DNA from: Klebsiella phage KP182
Length of the DNA stretch: 64,000 nucleotides
Direction: 5' to 3' (one strand)
Sequence record: OM337876.1
Shown here: piece after piece, positions 10,738-20,685 of the stretch
Numbering within the stretch: the first letter of the stretch is position 1
How the letters are laid out: the number at the start of each line of letters is the position of its first letter
Notes under the pieces: generated by a model
Databases searched by the model: none
What the model saw: the letters and a program-made list of their open reading frames with translations, nothing else
What the model was told of the DNA's origin: nothing
Position numbers and translations under genes: made by a program

Positions 10738-11744
10738 TATTCTAAAACCTCATGCCATTTACTACGAATAGTGTTTTGAATTAAAATAGTCAGTTCTTTC
10801 TTAACTGCAGAAGGATTATCAGCGAATAACATATCGTGACCTTCACGAGCTGCTTCGTTAATGATATCTTTCATAGTCAGTCCCATAACACGACCGAAAT
10901 CTTTAGCAGTTACAGTACCAATATGAGACAGAACGTTACTTACACGGTTCCAGGTTACATACTCGGAAAAGATTTCCAGAACACGCTTATCAGTATCAGT
11001 GAGTTCAACCTTAGCTTTAATAGGCTTATCAGATTTAGCTTTCTCGCTGAACTTAGAATTCTTGCACTTAATAGCTACACGGGTACCGTTATTAAAGAAT
11101 TTAGGATTAACCGGTTTAAGAACATAGCCTTCAGCTACACCGGTTTCAGAAGAAGCCTGTGGACCGAACACATGTTTATTTGCATGTTCAAGGTCAGTCG
11201 TGTCAACAAGTTCATTGTAGTAATTGACAATAGATTTAAAGTCATTTACATACTGAGATAATTCAGCGAATGAACCACGACCAAGCAGTGGAGCTAATTT
11301 AAGACCAAGACCAGTAGCAAACGATTCTACTACATAATCGTCCCAATAAACTTTTTCATTACCGGAGTCCGACAGGATATCAAACACGTAGAAATCTTTC
11401 ACACCATAATCTACGCCTTTCTGAATACCGCCGCCAGCAAATTCGCCAAAGATTTGAACAGATACTAAATCCATGGCATTTAGCATGTTCTGCATCTTAA
11501 CGAAAGAATCCTTGTACTTCTTCATGATAATCTCATGACCAAAGAAGCTTTCACCTTCTAAAATAGGACCAGTACGCTTAGCCGGAACAATTTCGGTAGG
11601 GGTAATAATCACACTGAAGTTAGTGCCATGAATCTTCTCACGAGCTACCCACTCAACAGTATGCATATCAAAACCAGCACCACGAATTTTCTCGATGAAC
11701 TTATTGTTGTAATGGTTCTCGAGACTAGAATATTTTGCAAACAT
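10737..11744 (-). CDS. rnlB: RNA ligase 2 (Rnl2)
   Basis: 335 aa. N-terminus MFAKYSSLENHYNNKFIEK...EKIHGTNFS carries the KxHGxN adenylylation motif. The N-terminal stretch resembles T4 Rnl2 as I recall it. Position next to gene 24 matches T4. Confidence 0.9.
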   Translation of the reverse strand: MFAKYSSLENHYNNKFIEKIRGAGFDMHTVEWVAREKIHGTNFSVIITPTEIVPAKRTGPILEGESFFGHEIIMKKYKDSFVKMQNMLNAMDLVSVQIFGEFAGGGIQKGVDYGVKDFYVFDILSDSGNEKVYWDDYVVESFATGLGLKLAPLLGRGSFAELSQYVNDFKSIVNYYNELVDTTDLEHANKHVFGPQASSETGVAEGYVLKPVNPKFFNNGTRVAIKCKNSKFSEKAKSDKPIKAKVELTDTDKRVLEIFSEYVTWNRVSNVLSHIGTVTAKDFGRVMGLTMKDIINEAAREGHDMLFADNPSAVKKELTILIQNTIRSKWHEVLE

Positions 11745-11753
11745 TATATTTCC

Positions 11754-12011
11754 TTAGAATGTGATTTTCATAAAGTCAGTATCACCATTACGCTGGGCAC
11801 TGGTATAATTTGTAACAAATCCTTCATCATGCAAATAATTAAGAACACTTGTAATATGTTTCTTAACTAGACTGCTAGGATACATAATTAGCTCACGCTT
11901 ACCCGCTAAAGCGGTTTTCTCAATTTGAGTTAATACTTCTTCTTTTGCTGCACTCAATTCTTCTGTAGCAACATTAATAGCTGTATTAGCCATTCTATCG
12001 GCAAGGTTCAT
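11754..12011 (-). CDS. Hypothetical protein (24.2-like position)
   Basis: 85-aa ORF packed between rnlB and the next gene. No recognisable motif. Confidence 0.5.
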   Translation of the reverse strand: MNLADRMANTAINVATEELSAAKEEVLTQIEKTALAGKRELIMYPSSLVKKHITSVLNYLHDEGFVTNYTSAQRNGDTDFMKITF

Positions 12012-12124
12012 AATTTTTCTCTCAATAAATAATATAAAACCAGGAGTCTATCTATCCTGGGCAAGGGTAATGGTATTAGAGAATTTCCCCTGAGCCCATT
12101 ATACCACGTCCAAACTTAAAGCAA

Positions 12125-12454
12125 TTAATATCCGCTCGGCACGAAGCGGTACACCAGATGGCCGTGTTTATTTCGCATGATTTCAAATTGACTTTTGCTT
12201 CCAACTTCCAATACTAATGGAATATCTTTATCCATCAGCATCCAATCAATTTTTCCATACCGTTCATTAATCAAATCCGTTATTTTACGTGCACCACTTT
12301 TATAGTAGTAAGAACTCTGAACAGCCATCATTTTACTAACAAATTTAGATGCAAACAACCAGACATTTACCCCATTAGCAGCTGGCGTAAATTTCTTAGA
12401 AAGCATTTCTTCAAATCGTTCTACTACAATTGGGTCTGCTTTAGGCATTTTCAT
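12125..12454 (-). CDS. Hypothetical protein (24.3-like position)
   Basis: 109-aa ORF. Start/stop coupling with the upstream ORF. Confidence 0.5.
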   Translation of the reverse strand: MKMPKADPIVVERFEEMLSKKFTPAANGVNVWLFASKFVSKMMAVQSSYYYKSGARKITDLINERYGKIDWMLMDKDIPLVLEVGSKSQFEIMRNKHGHLVYRFVPSGY

Positions 12455-12678
12455 AATAACCTCATATGTTTAACAAGTTTCTTATGACGAGATTTTATAC
12501 CAACGTTTGTTAAGCGTTTCCGATATACGACTTTTTCTTTTTGCTTAAACCGTTCGTGTGCTTTCTCAACTGAGACCCACAATTTAGCAGCTTCCGCTGG
12601 AGTGATATCTAATGCTCTCGCAATTTCTTGAAAATCTTTACCGCTTTCATGCATTAAGTGAGCTTGTAGTGCTTTCAT
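12451..12678 (-). CDS. Small helix-turn-helix protein, 75 aa, sigma-70 region-4-like
   Basis: An internal ATG at 12678 has a GAGGT RBS. The track's longer ORF would overlap hoc. The motif DFQEIARALDITPAEAAKLW precedes a basic tail. Confidence 0.5.
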   Translation of the reverse strand: MKALQAHLMHESGKDFQEIARALDITPAEAAKLWVSVEKAHERFKQKEKVVYRKRLTNVGIKSRHKKLVKHMRLL

Positions 12679-12736
12679 AATAACCTCATCTATGTGACGA
12701 GGACATAATAAACCAATCCGTGAATAGCAAAAAAGG

Positions 12737-12754
12737 GAGCCCGAAGGCTCCCGA
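12737..12754. terminator. Hairpin after hoc
   Basis: gggagcc-cgaa-ggctccc. Confidence 0.6.
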
Positions 12755-12757
12755 ATA

Positions 12758-13882
12758 TTAAGGATAGATAATACCTGCTTCCAGCGCAGTACGATGAACA
12801 ATGTATCCATTTCTAGATTCTTGTACATCGACTTCTGGATAATCATCTAGCATTTTAGCCAGAGTATACCGGTGCAGGTAATAATCGCTGTCAGGGTCGT
12901 CGAGTTTCCAATCTTTGCCCTCAACAGTCATTCGCTGGATTTCATCCATTACCCACCAACCACACCAGATATAAGCTGTTCCACGGAATGGTAAAGGATG
13001 AATATATGGAAGTTCTCCGTCTGGCTCAGGGGCTACTCTTTTGGTAATAGTTACATTACCAGTTTTAGTGACTGTAACCGGAGTGTAATCTTCTGCGGAA
13101 ACATCAACAGAAACACCAATCACTTGAGACCCTATATCAGACGTGTCAATCACTAAAGTGCTAGTAGAACCTTCTACAGGAGAACCGTCTTTAGTCCAAG
13201 AATAAACCCCAGTTGCACCTTCCGGAGCACCGATAACGTTGGCTTTAAAAGATGCCTCAGAACCCTGTTCGGTCGTAATAGACTCAGGAGTCAAAGTAAC
13301 TGAAACACCACTCATAGTCTTTTTGGTAAAAGCAACAGCAATACCTTTAGTTGCAGTTCCATTATTATAGTCTGGAGCAGAAACCGTTACTTCACAATTC
13401 AACGTGTAGCTAGTTTCTGCTGATTCAGTTAAGGTAATTGTTTTACCAGTTTGACCGGAAATAACAGCAGAGCCACGCTTCCAAACATAAGCAATACTTG
13501 CTCCTGACGGCGCTCCAGTAACATTAGCTGTTACTACTTGAGATTGTCCAATTTCTTTAGAAACAGAGGTCGGGCTCAAAGCTAAAGTAATCGCAGGCAT
13601 AGTTTTGTTCTTAACTGTCAGGGTAGTTTCTGCTTCAGCCGTTTCAGGCGCGCCTTCAGCCGGAGTAACAGTAGCAACTACTTTAACAGTCTTACTGCCG
13701 GCAGGTCCTGCAGCAACATAATTCATAGCTGCGGTGACAGAAGATTGTTTTACGCCATTTACTGTCCATACAAACGTTTCTGTGCCTTCAGCTGCGGCTC
13801 CAGAAGTTGTTGCAGTAAAATTGGTTGTTGCTCCAATGACTGCCGAAGCAGCCAAAGGAGCAATAGATACACTATAAGCCAT
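12758..13882 (-). CDS. hoc: Highly immunogenic outer capsid protein Hoc
   Basis: 374 aa against 376 aa in T4. Ig-like repeats of about 90 aa each and a conserved C-terminal capsid-binding region (...YIWCGWWVMDEIQ...). Confidence 0.9.
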   Translation of the reverse strand: MAYSVSIAPLAASAVIGATTNFTATTSGAAAEGTETFVWTVNGVKQSSVTAAMNYVAAGPAGSKTVKVVATVTPAEGAPETAEAETTLTVKNKTMPAITLALSPTSVSKEIGQSQVVTANVTGAPSGASIAYVWKRGSAVISGQTGKTITLTESAETSYTLNCEVTVSAPDYNNGTATKGIAVAFTKKTMSGVSVTLTPESITTEQGSEASFKANVIGAPEGATGVYSWTKDGSPVEGSTSTLVIDTSDIGSQVIGVSVDVSAEDYTPVTVTKTGNVTITKRVAPEPDGELPYIHPLPFRGTAYIWCGWWVMDEIQRMTVEGKDWKLDDPDSDYYLHRYTLAKMLDDYPEVDVQESRNGYIVHRTALEAGIIYP

Positions 13883-13891
13883 AGGTGTTCC

Positions 13892-14686
13892 TTATTTTAA
13901 AGTTACAAATGAAGAATTACGTGTTTCACGAATCATAACAGACCCGTTTCTTTTGATGTAATAGATTAAACTAAACAGTGTCTGGTGTGCTGATGGGTGT
14001 TCAAACGACGTTGGCCGAGATTTCCAATCTGGGTTATCTTTAATCCATTGGTAAATCCACCATGGAAGAGTAATATATCCTGGGTTCTTACCTAGCAATT
14101 GCATATTTGGACTAAAGTTTTCAGGAAGCTCAATGATTTCGTCTGTTTTAATAATTTTAACTACTTTGTCCATTGCTTTGGAGAATTCTTCAGGGTCCGT
14201 GATACTAACCGGAATATTGGTAACTTGTCCTTCATCATCTATATGAATAACGCTGTCTCCAATAGGAGCTTCAGCATAAAATCCTTTATCATTGATAGAA
14301 GGTGTTTTTACTTCAAACCCTGGGTCATTTACCTTAGGGGTTTCTTTATAGAAACCTGGGTCAATATCATGAATTTTAATACCAACATTAACTGGAGCGT
14401 CAAACAGTAGTTTTGCCTCATCAGACGCTTCATCTTTAAATACTGCTTTACCCTCAATTTCATCATCTGCTTGAATTAAATCAGCAATTGACAGCCCATC
14501 ATTATCTTCTGGCATAGGCTCATCAGCCAATTTAGCCAGTTCTTTTTCTAAGTCAGCAACCATATTGTCAAATGAACGGGTCTTTTTCAGTTTAATACCG
14601 AAAGTTTGGGCATACCCGTCGAGCTTGTCTTTAGCTTCTTTTTTATCGAGTGCCTGAATTTCTTTGATATAGTCTTTATCTAGCAT
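13892..14686 (-). CDS. inh: Inh, the inhibitor of prohead protease gp21
   Basis: Start chosen at the internal ATG (MLDKDYIKEIQ...), which has a GAGG RBS. Position between hoc and uvsW matches T4. Contains DPGF(Y/E)..TP repeats. Confidence 0.75.
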   Translation of the reverse strand: MLDKDYIKEIQALDKKEAKDKLDGYAQTFGIKLKKTRSFDNMVADLEKELAKLADEPMPEDNDGLSIADLIQADDEIEGKAVFKDEASDEAKLLFDAPVNVGIKIHDIDPGFYKETPKVNDPGFEVKTPSINDKGFYAEAPIGDSVIHIDDEGQVTNIPVSITDPEEFSKAMDKVVKIIKTDEIIELPENFSPNMQLLGKNPGYITLPWWIYQWIKDNPDWKSRPTSFEHPSAHQTLFSLIYYIKRNGSVMIRETRNSSFVTLK

Positions 14687-14706
14687 TAGTTGTGCCTCGT
14701 GTGATG

Positions 14707-14714
14707 TATAAATA
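14707..14714 (+). promoter_or_regulatory. Late promoter upstream of uvsW
   Basis: TATAAATA. The ATG at 14714 lies inside the promoter and so cannot be the translation start. Confidence 0.55.
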
Positions 14715-14743
14715 TGTTTGTATTTATAACTGAGGATAGTACA

Positions 14744-16246
14744 GTGCACGACATCCAAGTCAAATTTAAAGATTTTAGTCATGTTCATATTGAGTGTGAT
14801 GACTCGATTTTCTATGAACTCAGAGACTATTTTAGCTTCGAAGCCGATGGATACAGATTCAACCCGAAATATCGCTATGGACATTGGGATGGACGAATTC
14901 GTCTGCTAGATTATAATCGTCTCTTACCGTTTGGTCTTGTTGGCCAAATCAGAAAATTCGCTGACCAATTCGGATATAAGGTTTATTTCGATCCAGCTAT
15001 ATTCGAGCAAGAAACTCTTTCGCGGGAGGATTTTGATAATTGGTTGTCAACTAAAGAAATTTATTCAGGATTAACTAAGATTGAACCTCACTGGTATCAG
15101 AAAGATGCTGTATATGAAGGTCTAGTTAATCGACGTAGAATTCTTAATCTTCCAACATCTGCTGGTAAGTCTCTTATCCAGGCATTACTTGCTCGATATT
15201 ATGTAGAAAATTACGAAGGCAAGGTTCTTATCATCGTTCCTACCACAGCGTTAGTTGACCAGATGATTGATGATTTTTGTGATTATCGTTTATTTCCTCG
15301 CAATGCTATGCTGGGTATTCGAGGTGGTACTGCTCGTGATTCGAATGCATTAGTTTATGTATCTACCTGGCAGACCGCTGTTAAGCAGCCTAAAGAATGG
15401 TTTTCTCAATTCGGCATGATGATGAATGATGAATGTCATCTTGCAACAGGAAAGTCAATTTCAACAATCATTGCAGGTCTCACCAATTGCATGTTTAAGT
15501 ACGGACTGTCTGGTTCTCTTAAAGACGGCAAAGCTAATATCATGCAATATGTTGGTATGTTTGGTGAAATCTTCCGTCCAGTATCAACTTCTAAGTTAAT
15601 GGAAGATGGACAAGTAACTGAGCTTAAAATTAATACAATCTTCTTAAGATACCCAGATGCAGCCGCAAACGCTTTAAAAGGCAAAACGTATCAAGAAGAA
15701 ATTAAATTCATCACCAATGTTAAGAAAAGAAATCGTTGGATTGCTAATCTTGCTACTAAACTTGCAGCGCGTGACGAAAATGCCTTTGTGATGTTTAAAC
15801 ATGTAGCTCATGGTAAAGAGCTGTTCGAGATGATTAAAGCTGCGGGTCATGAGCATGTATATTATGTGTCAGGCGAAGTTAATACCGAAACACGTAATGC
15901 TTTAAAGGCTATGGCAGAAAACGGAAAGGGAATTATTATCGTCGCAAGCTACGGTGTATTTTCTACAGGTATTTCTGTTAAAAACCTGCATCATGTAATT
16001 TTAGCCCATCCAGTTAAATCGAAGATTATCGTACTCCAAACTATTGGTCGTGTTCTTCGTAAGCATAAAGATAAATCTTTGGCTACAGTGTGGGATATCA
16101 TTGATGACCTGGGCGTAAAGCCGAAGTCAGCCAATGCTAAAAAGAAATACACACATTTAAACTATTGCTTAAAACATGCATTAGAGCGTATTCAACGATA
16201 TGCTGATGAAAAATTTAACTACGTAATGAAAACGGTAAATCTATGA
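14744..16246 (+). CDS. uvsW: UvsW RNA-DNA/DNA helicase (SF2). GTG start.
   Basis: From VHDIQVKFKDFSHVHIECDD the sequence resembles the T4 UvsW N-terminus as I recall it. DEAH-type motifs are present (NLPTSAGKS, MMNDECH). A GAGGA RBS sits 7 nt before the GTG. Confidence 0.88.
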   Translation: MHDIQVKFKDFSHVHIECDDSIFYELRDYFSFEADGYRFNPKYRYGHWDGRIRLLDYNRLLPFGLVGQIRKFADQFGYKVYFDPAIFEQETLSREDFDNWLSTKEIYSGLTKIEPHWYQKDAVYEGLVNRRRILNLPTSAGKSLIQALLARYYVENYEGKVLIIVPTTALVDQMIDDFCDYRLFPRNAMLGIRGGTARDSNALVYVSTWQTAVKQPKEWFSQFGMMMNDECHLATGKSISTIIAGLTNCMFKYGLSGSLKDGKANIMQYVGMFGEIFRPVSTSKLMEDGQVTELKINTIFLRYPDAAANALKGKTYQEEIKFITNVKKRNRWIANLATKLAARDENAFVMFKHVAHGKELFEMIKAAGHEHVYYVSGEVNTETRNALKAMAENGKGIIIVASYGVFSTGISVKNLHHVILAHPVKSKIIVLQTIGRVLRKHKDKSLATVWDIIDDLGVKPKSANAKKKYTHLNYCLKHALERIQRYADEKFNYVMKTVNL

Positions 16247-16485
16247 TTAAATTTGAAGATATTTACGAAGCCACAATTCGTGAGGCTACTATCGATAACT
16301 TCATGAGTAAAATTAATGCTTGCCAAACCTTAGATGGTCTGAAAGAACTCGAGAAGTATTACGATAAGCGCTCTAAAGAAACTACTCTTGCTGATTCTGA
16401 TGACATCATTGTGCGGGATGCTTTGGCGGGGCGTAGACAGGCTCTTGAAGCTGATTCTGAAGATGACGAAGACGAAGACTTCTGA
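16243..16485 (+). CDS. uvsW.1: UvsW.1, the small C-terminal companion of UvsW
   Basis: 80 aa with an acidic tail. ATGA overlap with uvsW, as in T4. Confidence 0.8.
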   Translation: MIKFEDIYEATIREATIDNFMSKINACQTLDGLKELEKYYDKRSKETTLADSDDIIVRDALAGRRQALEADSEDDEDEDF

Positions 16486-16493
16486 TATAAAAA

Positions 16494-16519
16494 AGCCCCA
16501 ACCGAAAGGAAGGGGCAAA
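16494..16519. terminator. Hairpin between the convergent uvsW.1 and uvsY.-2 genes
   Basis: gcccc-aaccgaaaggaa-ggggc. Confidence 0.5.
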
Positions 16520-16544
16520 GCCAATTGGCTACATCAACACTAGA

Positions 16545-16712
16545 CTAAATTAAAAGCTGCGTTTCTTGTAATTGCTCTTCTGTGTCTTCAGTGACAGGCA
16601 ATTCAATCGCATAATTATAGCAAGCTCCGGGATGAACCGGGCCTTTGTCTGTTTGGACAACCAATGCTTCATCGATTGGTCCTTTACAGACGACACATAC
16701 CGTATTCGACAT
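16545..16712 (-). CDS. Small Cys-containing protein (uvsY.-2-like), 55 aa
   Basis: Hand-translated as MSNTVCVVCKGPIDEALVVQTDKGPVHPGACYNY... An AGGAGA RBS sits 7 nt upstream. Not in the >=60-aa track. Confidence 0.45.
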   Translation of the reverse strand: MSNTVCVVCKGPIDEALVVQTDKGPVHPGACYNYAIELPVTEDTEEQLQETQLLI

Positions 16713-16742
16713 GATTGTCTCCTTAGTTTACAAGTTTATTTA

Positions 16743-17159
16743 TTACGCGCCAGCTTCAAACTGACGAAGGTCAATAATGTGCTTAATGCTAAAACCTCGT
16801 GACTTGATAGCATCCATTGCATCGCTACAGAACTCCAAAAGAATTCCCCAATATTGCAATTTAGTATCTACACCCAAGATTTCTTTATCAGCGCTTAAAA
16901 CAGTTTTCATTTCTGATTTTTCATATACATCCATGCATACTTCACCACCAACCTCTCCACGGCCAGTGTAATAATCCAATCGTGCTTTAAGATTTTGCTT
17001 TTTGAGGGCATCTAATCTTAACATTTCTTTTCGGCAAGTCGAGTGCTTACGCACCCATTTCCCATACAGAACAGGGTTATTAGCCGCTTCATACTGTAAC
17101 TTGGTCTGGTCGATAATCAAATCATTATCTAATTCATCTTGTAATTCTTCTAATCTCAT
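16743..17159 (-). CDS. uvsY: UvsY recombination mediator
   Basis: 138 aa against 137 aa in T4. The sequence, beginning MRLEELQDELDN..., resembles T4 UvsY as I recall it. Confidence 0.93.
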   Translation of the reverse strand: MRLEELQDELDNDLIIDQTKLQYEAANNPVLYGKWVRKHSTCRKEMLRLDALKKQNLKARLDYYTGRGEVGGEVCMDVYEKSEMKTVLSADKEILGVDTKLQYWGILLEFCSDAMDAIKSRGFSIKHIIDLRQFEAGA

Positions 17160-17199
17160 TCTATCTCCACTCTACTGTTTCTTGGGAAGGACTAGTCCC

Positions 17200-17226
17200 A
17201 TTATACTCTACTGCTAGAGTTAGCAT
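17200..17226 (-). promoter_or_regulatory. Possible MotA-dependent middle promoter for uvsY
   Basis: On the minus strand, ATGCTAAC (a near MotA box) lies 13 nt upstream of TATAAT. Confidence 0.3.
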
Positions 17227-17611
17227 TACTACGCATCTGTATGCGTATACGTTCTAGCGTATCAGGGTCGTCTACTATAGAAAACTGCACAGTGACAATT
17301 ATAGCATTATCGTCATATAACGGAAGTACATCAACCGATAGACGATTAATCCTAGGCTCATAATTACGCACAGCAGAGACTATATTACGCTTTATCGTAT
17401 CACCAGTTAATGGAGTCATGTTTTCAAATAATTCGTTTGTGATATCACAACCAAACGCTGGGTCAAATGGCCGAGACCCCTTTCTTGTGGTTATTATTCC
17501 AAGAAGGCTATTTTTAACCGATCGTGCTCCTACCGTTTTTGATACATCAGTATCCCAAGCAAGTCGCATTTCTGGGTCAAGGTCAGAATATAGTTTATCA
17601 ATATTGCTCAT
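17201..17611 (-). CDS. 25: Baseplate wedge protein gp25
   Basis: 136 aa. NSLLGIITTRKGSRPFDPAFGCD resembles the corresponding T4 gp25 stretch as I recall it. Confidence 0.93.
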   Translation of the reverse strand: MSNIDKLYSDLDPEMRLAWDTDVSKTVGARSVKNSLLGIITTRKGSRPFDPAFGCDITNELFENMTPLTGDTIKRNIVSAVRNYEPRINRLSVDVLPLYDDNAIIVTVQFSIVDDPDTLERIRIQMRSNANSSSRV

Positions 17612-18243
17612 GACATAATCTTAAAGAATTCTTTAAGCCCCTTAATTACATGAATGTGAGAAATTCCGCATTCACAAGTAATGGGAACTGCTAATTGAAC
17701 CTGCGGCTTCAATAGCATATTTTTGATGTTAACTACATCTTCGGTTGTAATAGCAGAATATAAATCATCGATTTCTGCATCGTTTAAATCATTAAAGTAA
17801 ATCTGCTCATTTCCAACCACGATATAATCTATGCATTTTGATATCATCATTGGAATGTCTGAATCGTCAAAAAGACTCGGATACTTGAACTTTATTTTAA
17901 ATCCCTTTAAGTCATACCAGAGGTCTTCTGGAGGATCGATTTGTGCGTGTGTATAATTTAATGGCACAGGAATTTTACGCCCACAGGTGCAATTCCAGGT
18001 CACCTCATGATTAACCTCGCCTATACTATGCGCCCAAAGTATAACTATAAGTAATTCCGATTCCTGTTTGTTTAATTCAGTGGCATTAGTGCATTCTCTG
18101 AGCAATGCTTTAATGCATTCATCGATTGTGCCGTTTTTCTTCGCTGCAATTAAATTAGCGTATTCTTCTAGTGTAAAAGCTCGGCACTGGATATTCTTGC
18201 CATTTATTCTTGTTTCAAATTTATATGTGATGTTCATATCCAC
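17608..18243 (-). CDS. 26: Baseplate hub protein gp26
   Basis: 211 aa against 208 aa in T4. Upstream of 25 on the same strand. Confidence 0.8.
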   Translation of the reverse strand: MDMNITYKFETRINGKNIQCRAFTLEEYANLIAAKKNGTIDECIKALLRECTNATELNKQESELLIVILWAHSIGEVNHEVTWNCTCGRKIPVPLNYTHAQIDPPEDLWYDLKGFKIKFKYPSLFDDSDIPMMISKCIDYIVVGNEQIYFNDLNDAEIDDLYSAITTEDVVNIKNMLLKPQVQLAVPITCECGISHIHVIKGLKEFFKIMS

Positions 18244-18257
18244 TCCTCTTATTCAAT

Positions 18258-18269
18258 TATTTATAAATA
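18258..18269. promoter_or_regulatory. Divergent, overlapping late promoters for 26 (-) and 51 (+)
   Basis: TATTTATAAATA reads as TATAAATA on both strands. Confidence 0.6.
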
Positions 18270-18288
18270 GTATAAAGAGGATTACCTT

Positions 18289-19047
18289 ATGGCCAACATA
18301 GTTAGATGCGAATTACCAGATGGTGTCCAACGTTTTAAGCCATTTACCGTAGAAGATTATAGAGACCTTTTATTGGTTAGAAACGACATGAACACCAAGT
18401 CTGAAGAAGAACAAAAACAACTTATAGCAGAATTAATGGATGATTATTTTCATGACCATCCTGCCGAGTATCGTCCTTATATATTTCTTAAGGTATTTCT
18501 TTCAAGTATTGGTAAAACCAAAATACCTGTCAGAATGAAGTGCCCAAAATGCGGAAAATATAAGCAGTATCTTTTTAATCTTAACCAACCTCCATTGGTA
18601 AATCCAAAAGTAGAGGTTGCTGGATTAACGCTCAAGTTCAAAAAACCCATAGAAATAATTGACGATACAGGTAAAATGATTTTAGACAACATTATATCTG
18701 TGAAGGATTCATCTGGGGAATACGCGTGGAATGAATTGAGCGATAGCAATAAATTGACCGTTATCGATGCTATAGATGTTGAAACTTTGGAAAAGATTTT
18801 ATCGCAGATGAAGCCCTTTAATTTTGAATTAAAAACATCATGCTGTGATACCACGACAATATTAAAATATGATAACATTGTCGATATTTTTAAGCTATTG
18901 CTACATCCTGACGAGATTTTCACATTTTATCAGATTAACCATAGATTGGTTTCTCAAGGTAAATACGATTTGAATTCTATAATGAAAATGCTGCCTATAG
19001 AACGTGGCATAACCTTATCGCTTATTGAAAAGGACCTTAAATCATGA
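18289..19047 (+). CDS. 51: Baseplate hub assembly catalyst gp51
   Basis: 252 aa against 249 aa in T4. Precedes 27. Confidence 0.8.
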   Translation: MANIVRCELPDGVQRFKPFTVEDYRDLLLVRNDMNTKSEEEQKQLIAELMDDYFHDHPAEYRPYIFLKVFLSSIGKTKIPVRMKCPKCGKYKQYLFNLNQPPLVNPKVEVAGLTLKFKKPIEIIDDTGKMILDNIISVKDSSGEYAWNELSDSNKLTVIDAIDVETLEKILSQMKPFNFELKTSCCDTTTILKYDNIVDIFKLLLHPDEIFTFYQINHRLVSQGKYDLNSIMKMLPIERGITLSLIEKDLKS

Positions 19048-20186
19048 CAGCACAAAGATTAGGATATCCTAATATAAGCATAAAATTATATTCTGGATAT
19101 GATGCGTGGCTAGCTAATAGATTCGTTGAATTAGCAGCTACATTTATTACATTAACAATGAGAGATTCATTACGCGGGACTAATGAAGGTCTACTTCAGT
19201 TTTATGATTCGAAAAATATGCACACGCGTATGAACGGTGATGAACTGGTTCAAATATCTGTTGCAAATAGCAACACATCAAGAACGCAAACTCGAATTTA
19301 CGGAATTAAACACTTTACAGTTGGTGTTGATGATAAAGGTGATAGCATTATCACCCTTCAGCTTGGAACGCTGCATGACATAATGAATCTCAAGTTCAGT
19401 AGAGCGTTTTTTAGTTCTGCATATGAAACTATAAAAGAAATGATAGGCGCGATGTATGTTGACCAACCATTGATTGCTCCTCCTATCAACGGAATTAACG
19501 CTTACGTCCCACGAGTTCCATGGACTAGTACTCTCAAAGATTACTTACGATATGTTAGAAACGTAGGCATTTCTACTGATAACGACCAATTTATTTTTGC
19601 CTGGGAAGATATCACTGGGATTAACATGATGGATTATGAATCAATGATATCCCAGAACCCAAATGTATTCATGTTTGGAGCTCCTCAAACAATAGGTCAG
19701 TTTGCAGCAGGATTAAAATATCCATTGGCATGGGATTTTGAATGGCTTGTTAAGTCAAATAGATATAATAGAAATCCCATGAAAAACGCAACATTTTATG
19801 CACACTCGTTTGTGGACAAAGATGTTACCCGAATTATTAATGGAGAAGGCCAAAACAGCGTATTCATTAATAGGTCAGGCGGATATTCTGACATGATTTT
19901 TAGAAATGGCTATGAAGAAGCACTACGCATTTCTACGATGGCTCAATATGACGGGTATGCTCAAACTAAATGTTACGGTAATTTTGAACTAACTCCTGGA
20001 ATGAAAATCAATTTTGTTGATTTAAAGGACCAGTTCAGAACTGACTTTTATATAGATGAAGTTATCCATGAAATATCAAATAACACATCTATAACTAACT
20101 TATATATGTTCACAAATGGCTCTGCCCTTGAACCTGTAGATTTGATTAAGGTGAAAAATGAACTTAAACGTGATTCTTCCTATTAA
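19044..20186 (+). CDS. 27: Baseplate hub protein gp27
   Basis: 380 aa against 391 aa in T4. Overlaps gene 51 by 4 nt. Confidence 0.85.
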   Translation: MTAQRLGYPNISIKLYSGYDAWLANRFVELAATFITLTMRDSLRGTNEGLLQFYDSKNMHTRMNGDELVQISVANSNTSRTQTRIYGIKHFTVGVDDKGDSIITLQLGTLHDIMNLKFSRAFFSSAYETIKEMIGAMYVDQPLIAPPINGINAYVPRVPWTSTLKDYLRYVRNVGISTDNDQFIFAWEDITGINMMDYESMISQNPNVFMFGAPQTIGQFAAGLKYPLAWDFEWLVKSNRYNRNPMKNATFYAHSFVDKDVTRIINGEGQNSVFINRSGGYSDMIFRNGYEEALRISTMAQYDGYAQTKCYGNFELTPGMKINFVDLKDQFRTDFYIDEVIHEISNNTSITNLYMFTNGSALEPVDLIKVKNELKRDSSY

Positions 20187-20685
20187 GAAAATAGTAATAA
20201 ACGAAAAGACGATATCAATTCCAAAACTTGGATTAAAGCACCATAATCTGATGAAAGATGTTAAGGGACCAGACGAAAACATGAATCTTCTTTTAGATTC
20301 AATTTGTCCAGGATTAACTGCAGCCGAATCCGATATCGTTGTACTACATTTATTAGCATTTAACAACCGAATAAAAGAAACCGTTGTTAAAGATGATTTT
20401 ACCTACGATTTGAATAAAGTTTACATTTGCCAACGATTAACTCAGCGGTTAGATGGTAAAGAATTCAAATTCAGAGCTCCTCCTCGTTATTCCAAACTAG
20501 GTTCAGTAGATTCAATTTTGAGCGAATTTCTTGAATCAGTAGATGGAAAACCAATGGATATAAACTTTATGAAGCTTCCAGCTTTTGTAACAAAGTGGGC
20601 TGATGACTTAGTAAACACTATAGCCATTGATGGACCTGAAGGACCAATCAAAGGCATGCTTAACGTAATGGAAATATTTGAATGA
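20158..20685 (+). CDS. 28: Baseplate distal hub protein gp28
   Basis: 175 aa against 177 aa in T4. Confidence 0.8.
   Translation: MNLNVILPIKKIVINEKTISIPKLGLKHHNLMKDVKGPDENMNLLLDSICPGLTAAESDIVVLHLLAFNNRIKETVVKDDFTYDLNKVYICQRLTQRLDGKEFKFRAPPRYSKLGSVDSILSEFLESVDGKPMDINFMKLPAFVTKWADDLVNTIAIDGPEGPIKGMLNVMEIFE

Noticed and set aside
12678-12846. N-terminal 56-codon extension of the HTH ORF
   Set aside because: It would overlap the 3' end of hoc by about 90 nt in another frame. The internal ATG has a GAGGT RBS, so the short form was taken.
14686-14884. N-terminal 66-codon extension of inh
   Set aside because: It overlaps the uvsW promoter and start on the opposite strand. The conserved Inh N-terminus (MLDKDYIKEI) begins at the internal ATG, which has an RBS.
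16572-16802. 76-aa plus-strand ORF
   Set aside because: It overlaps uvsY.-2-like and uvsY on the opposite strand, has no RBS, and lies between convergent well-supported genes.
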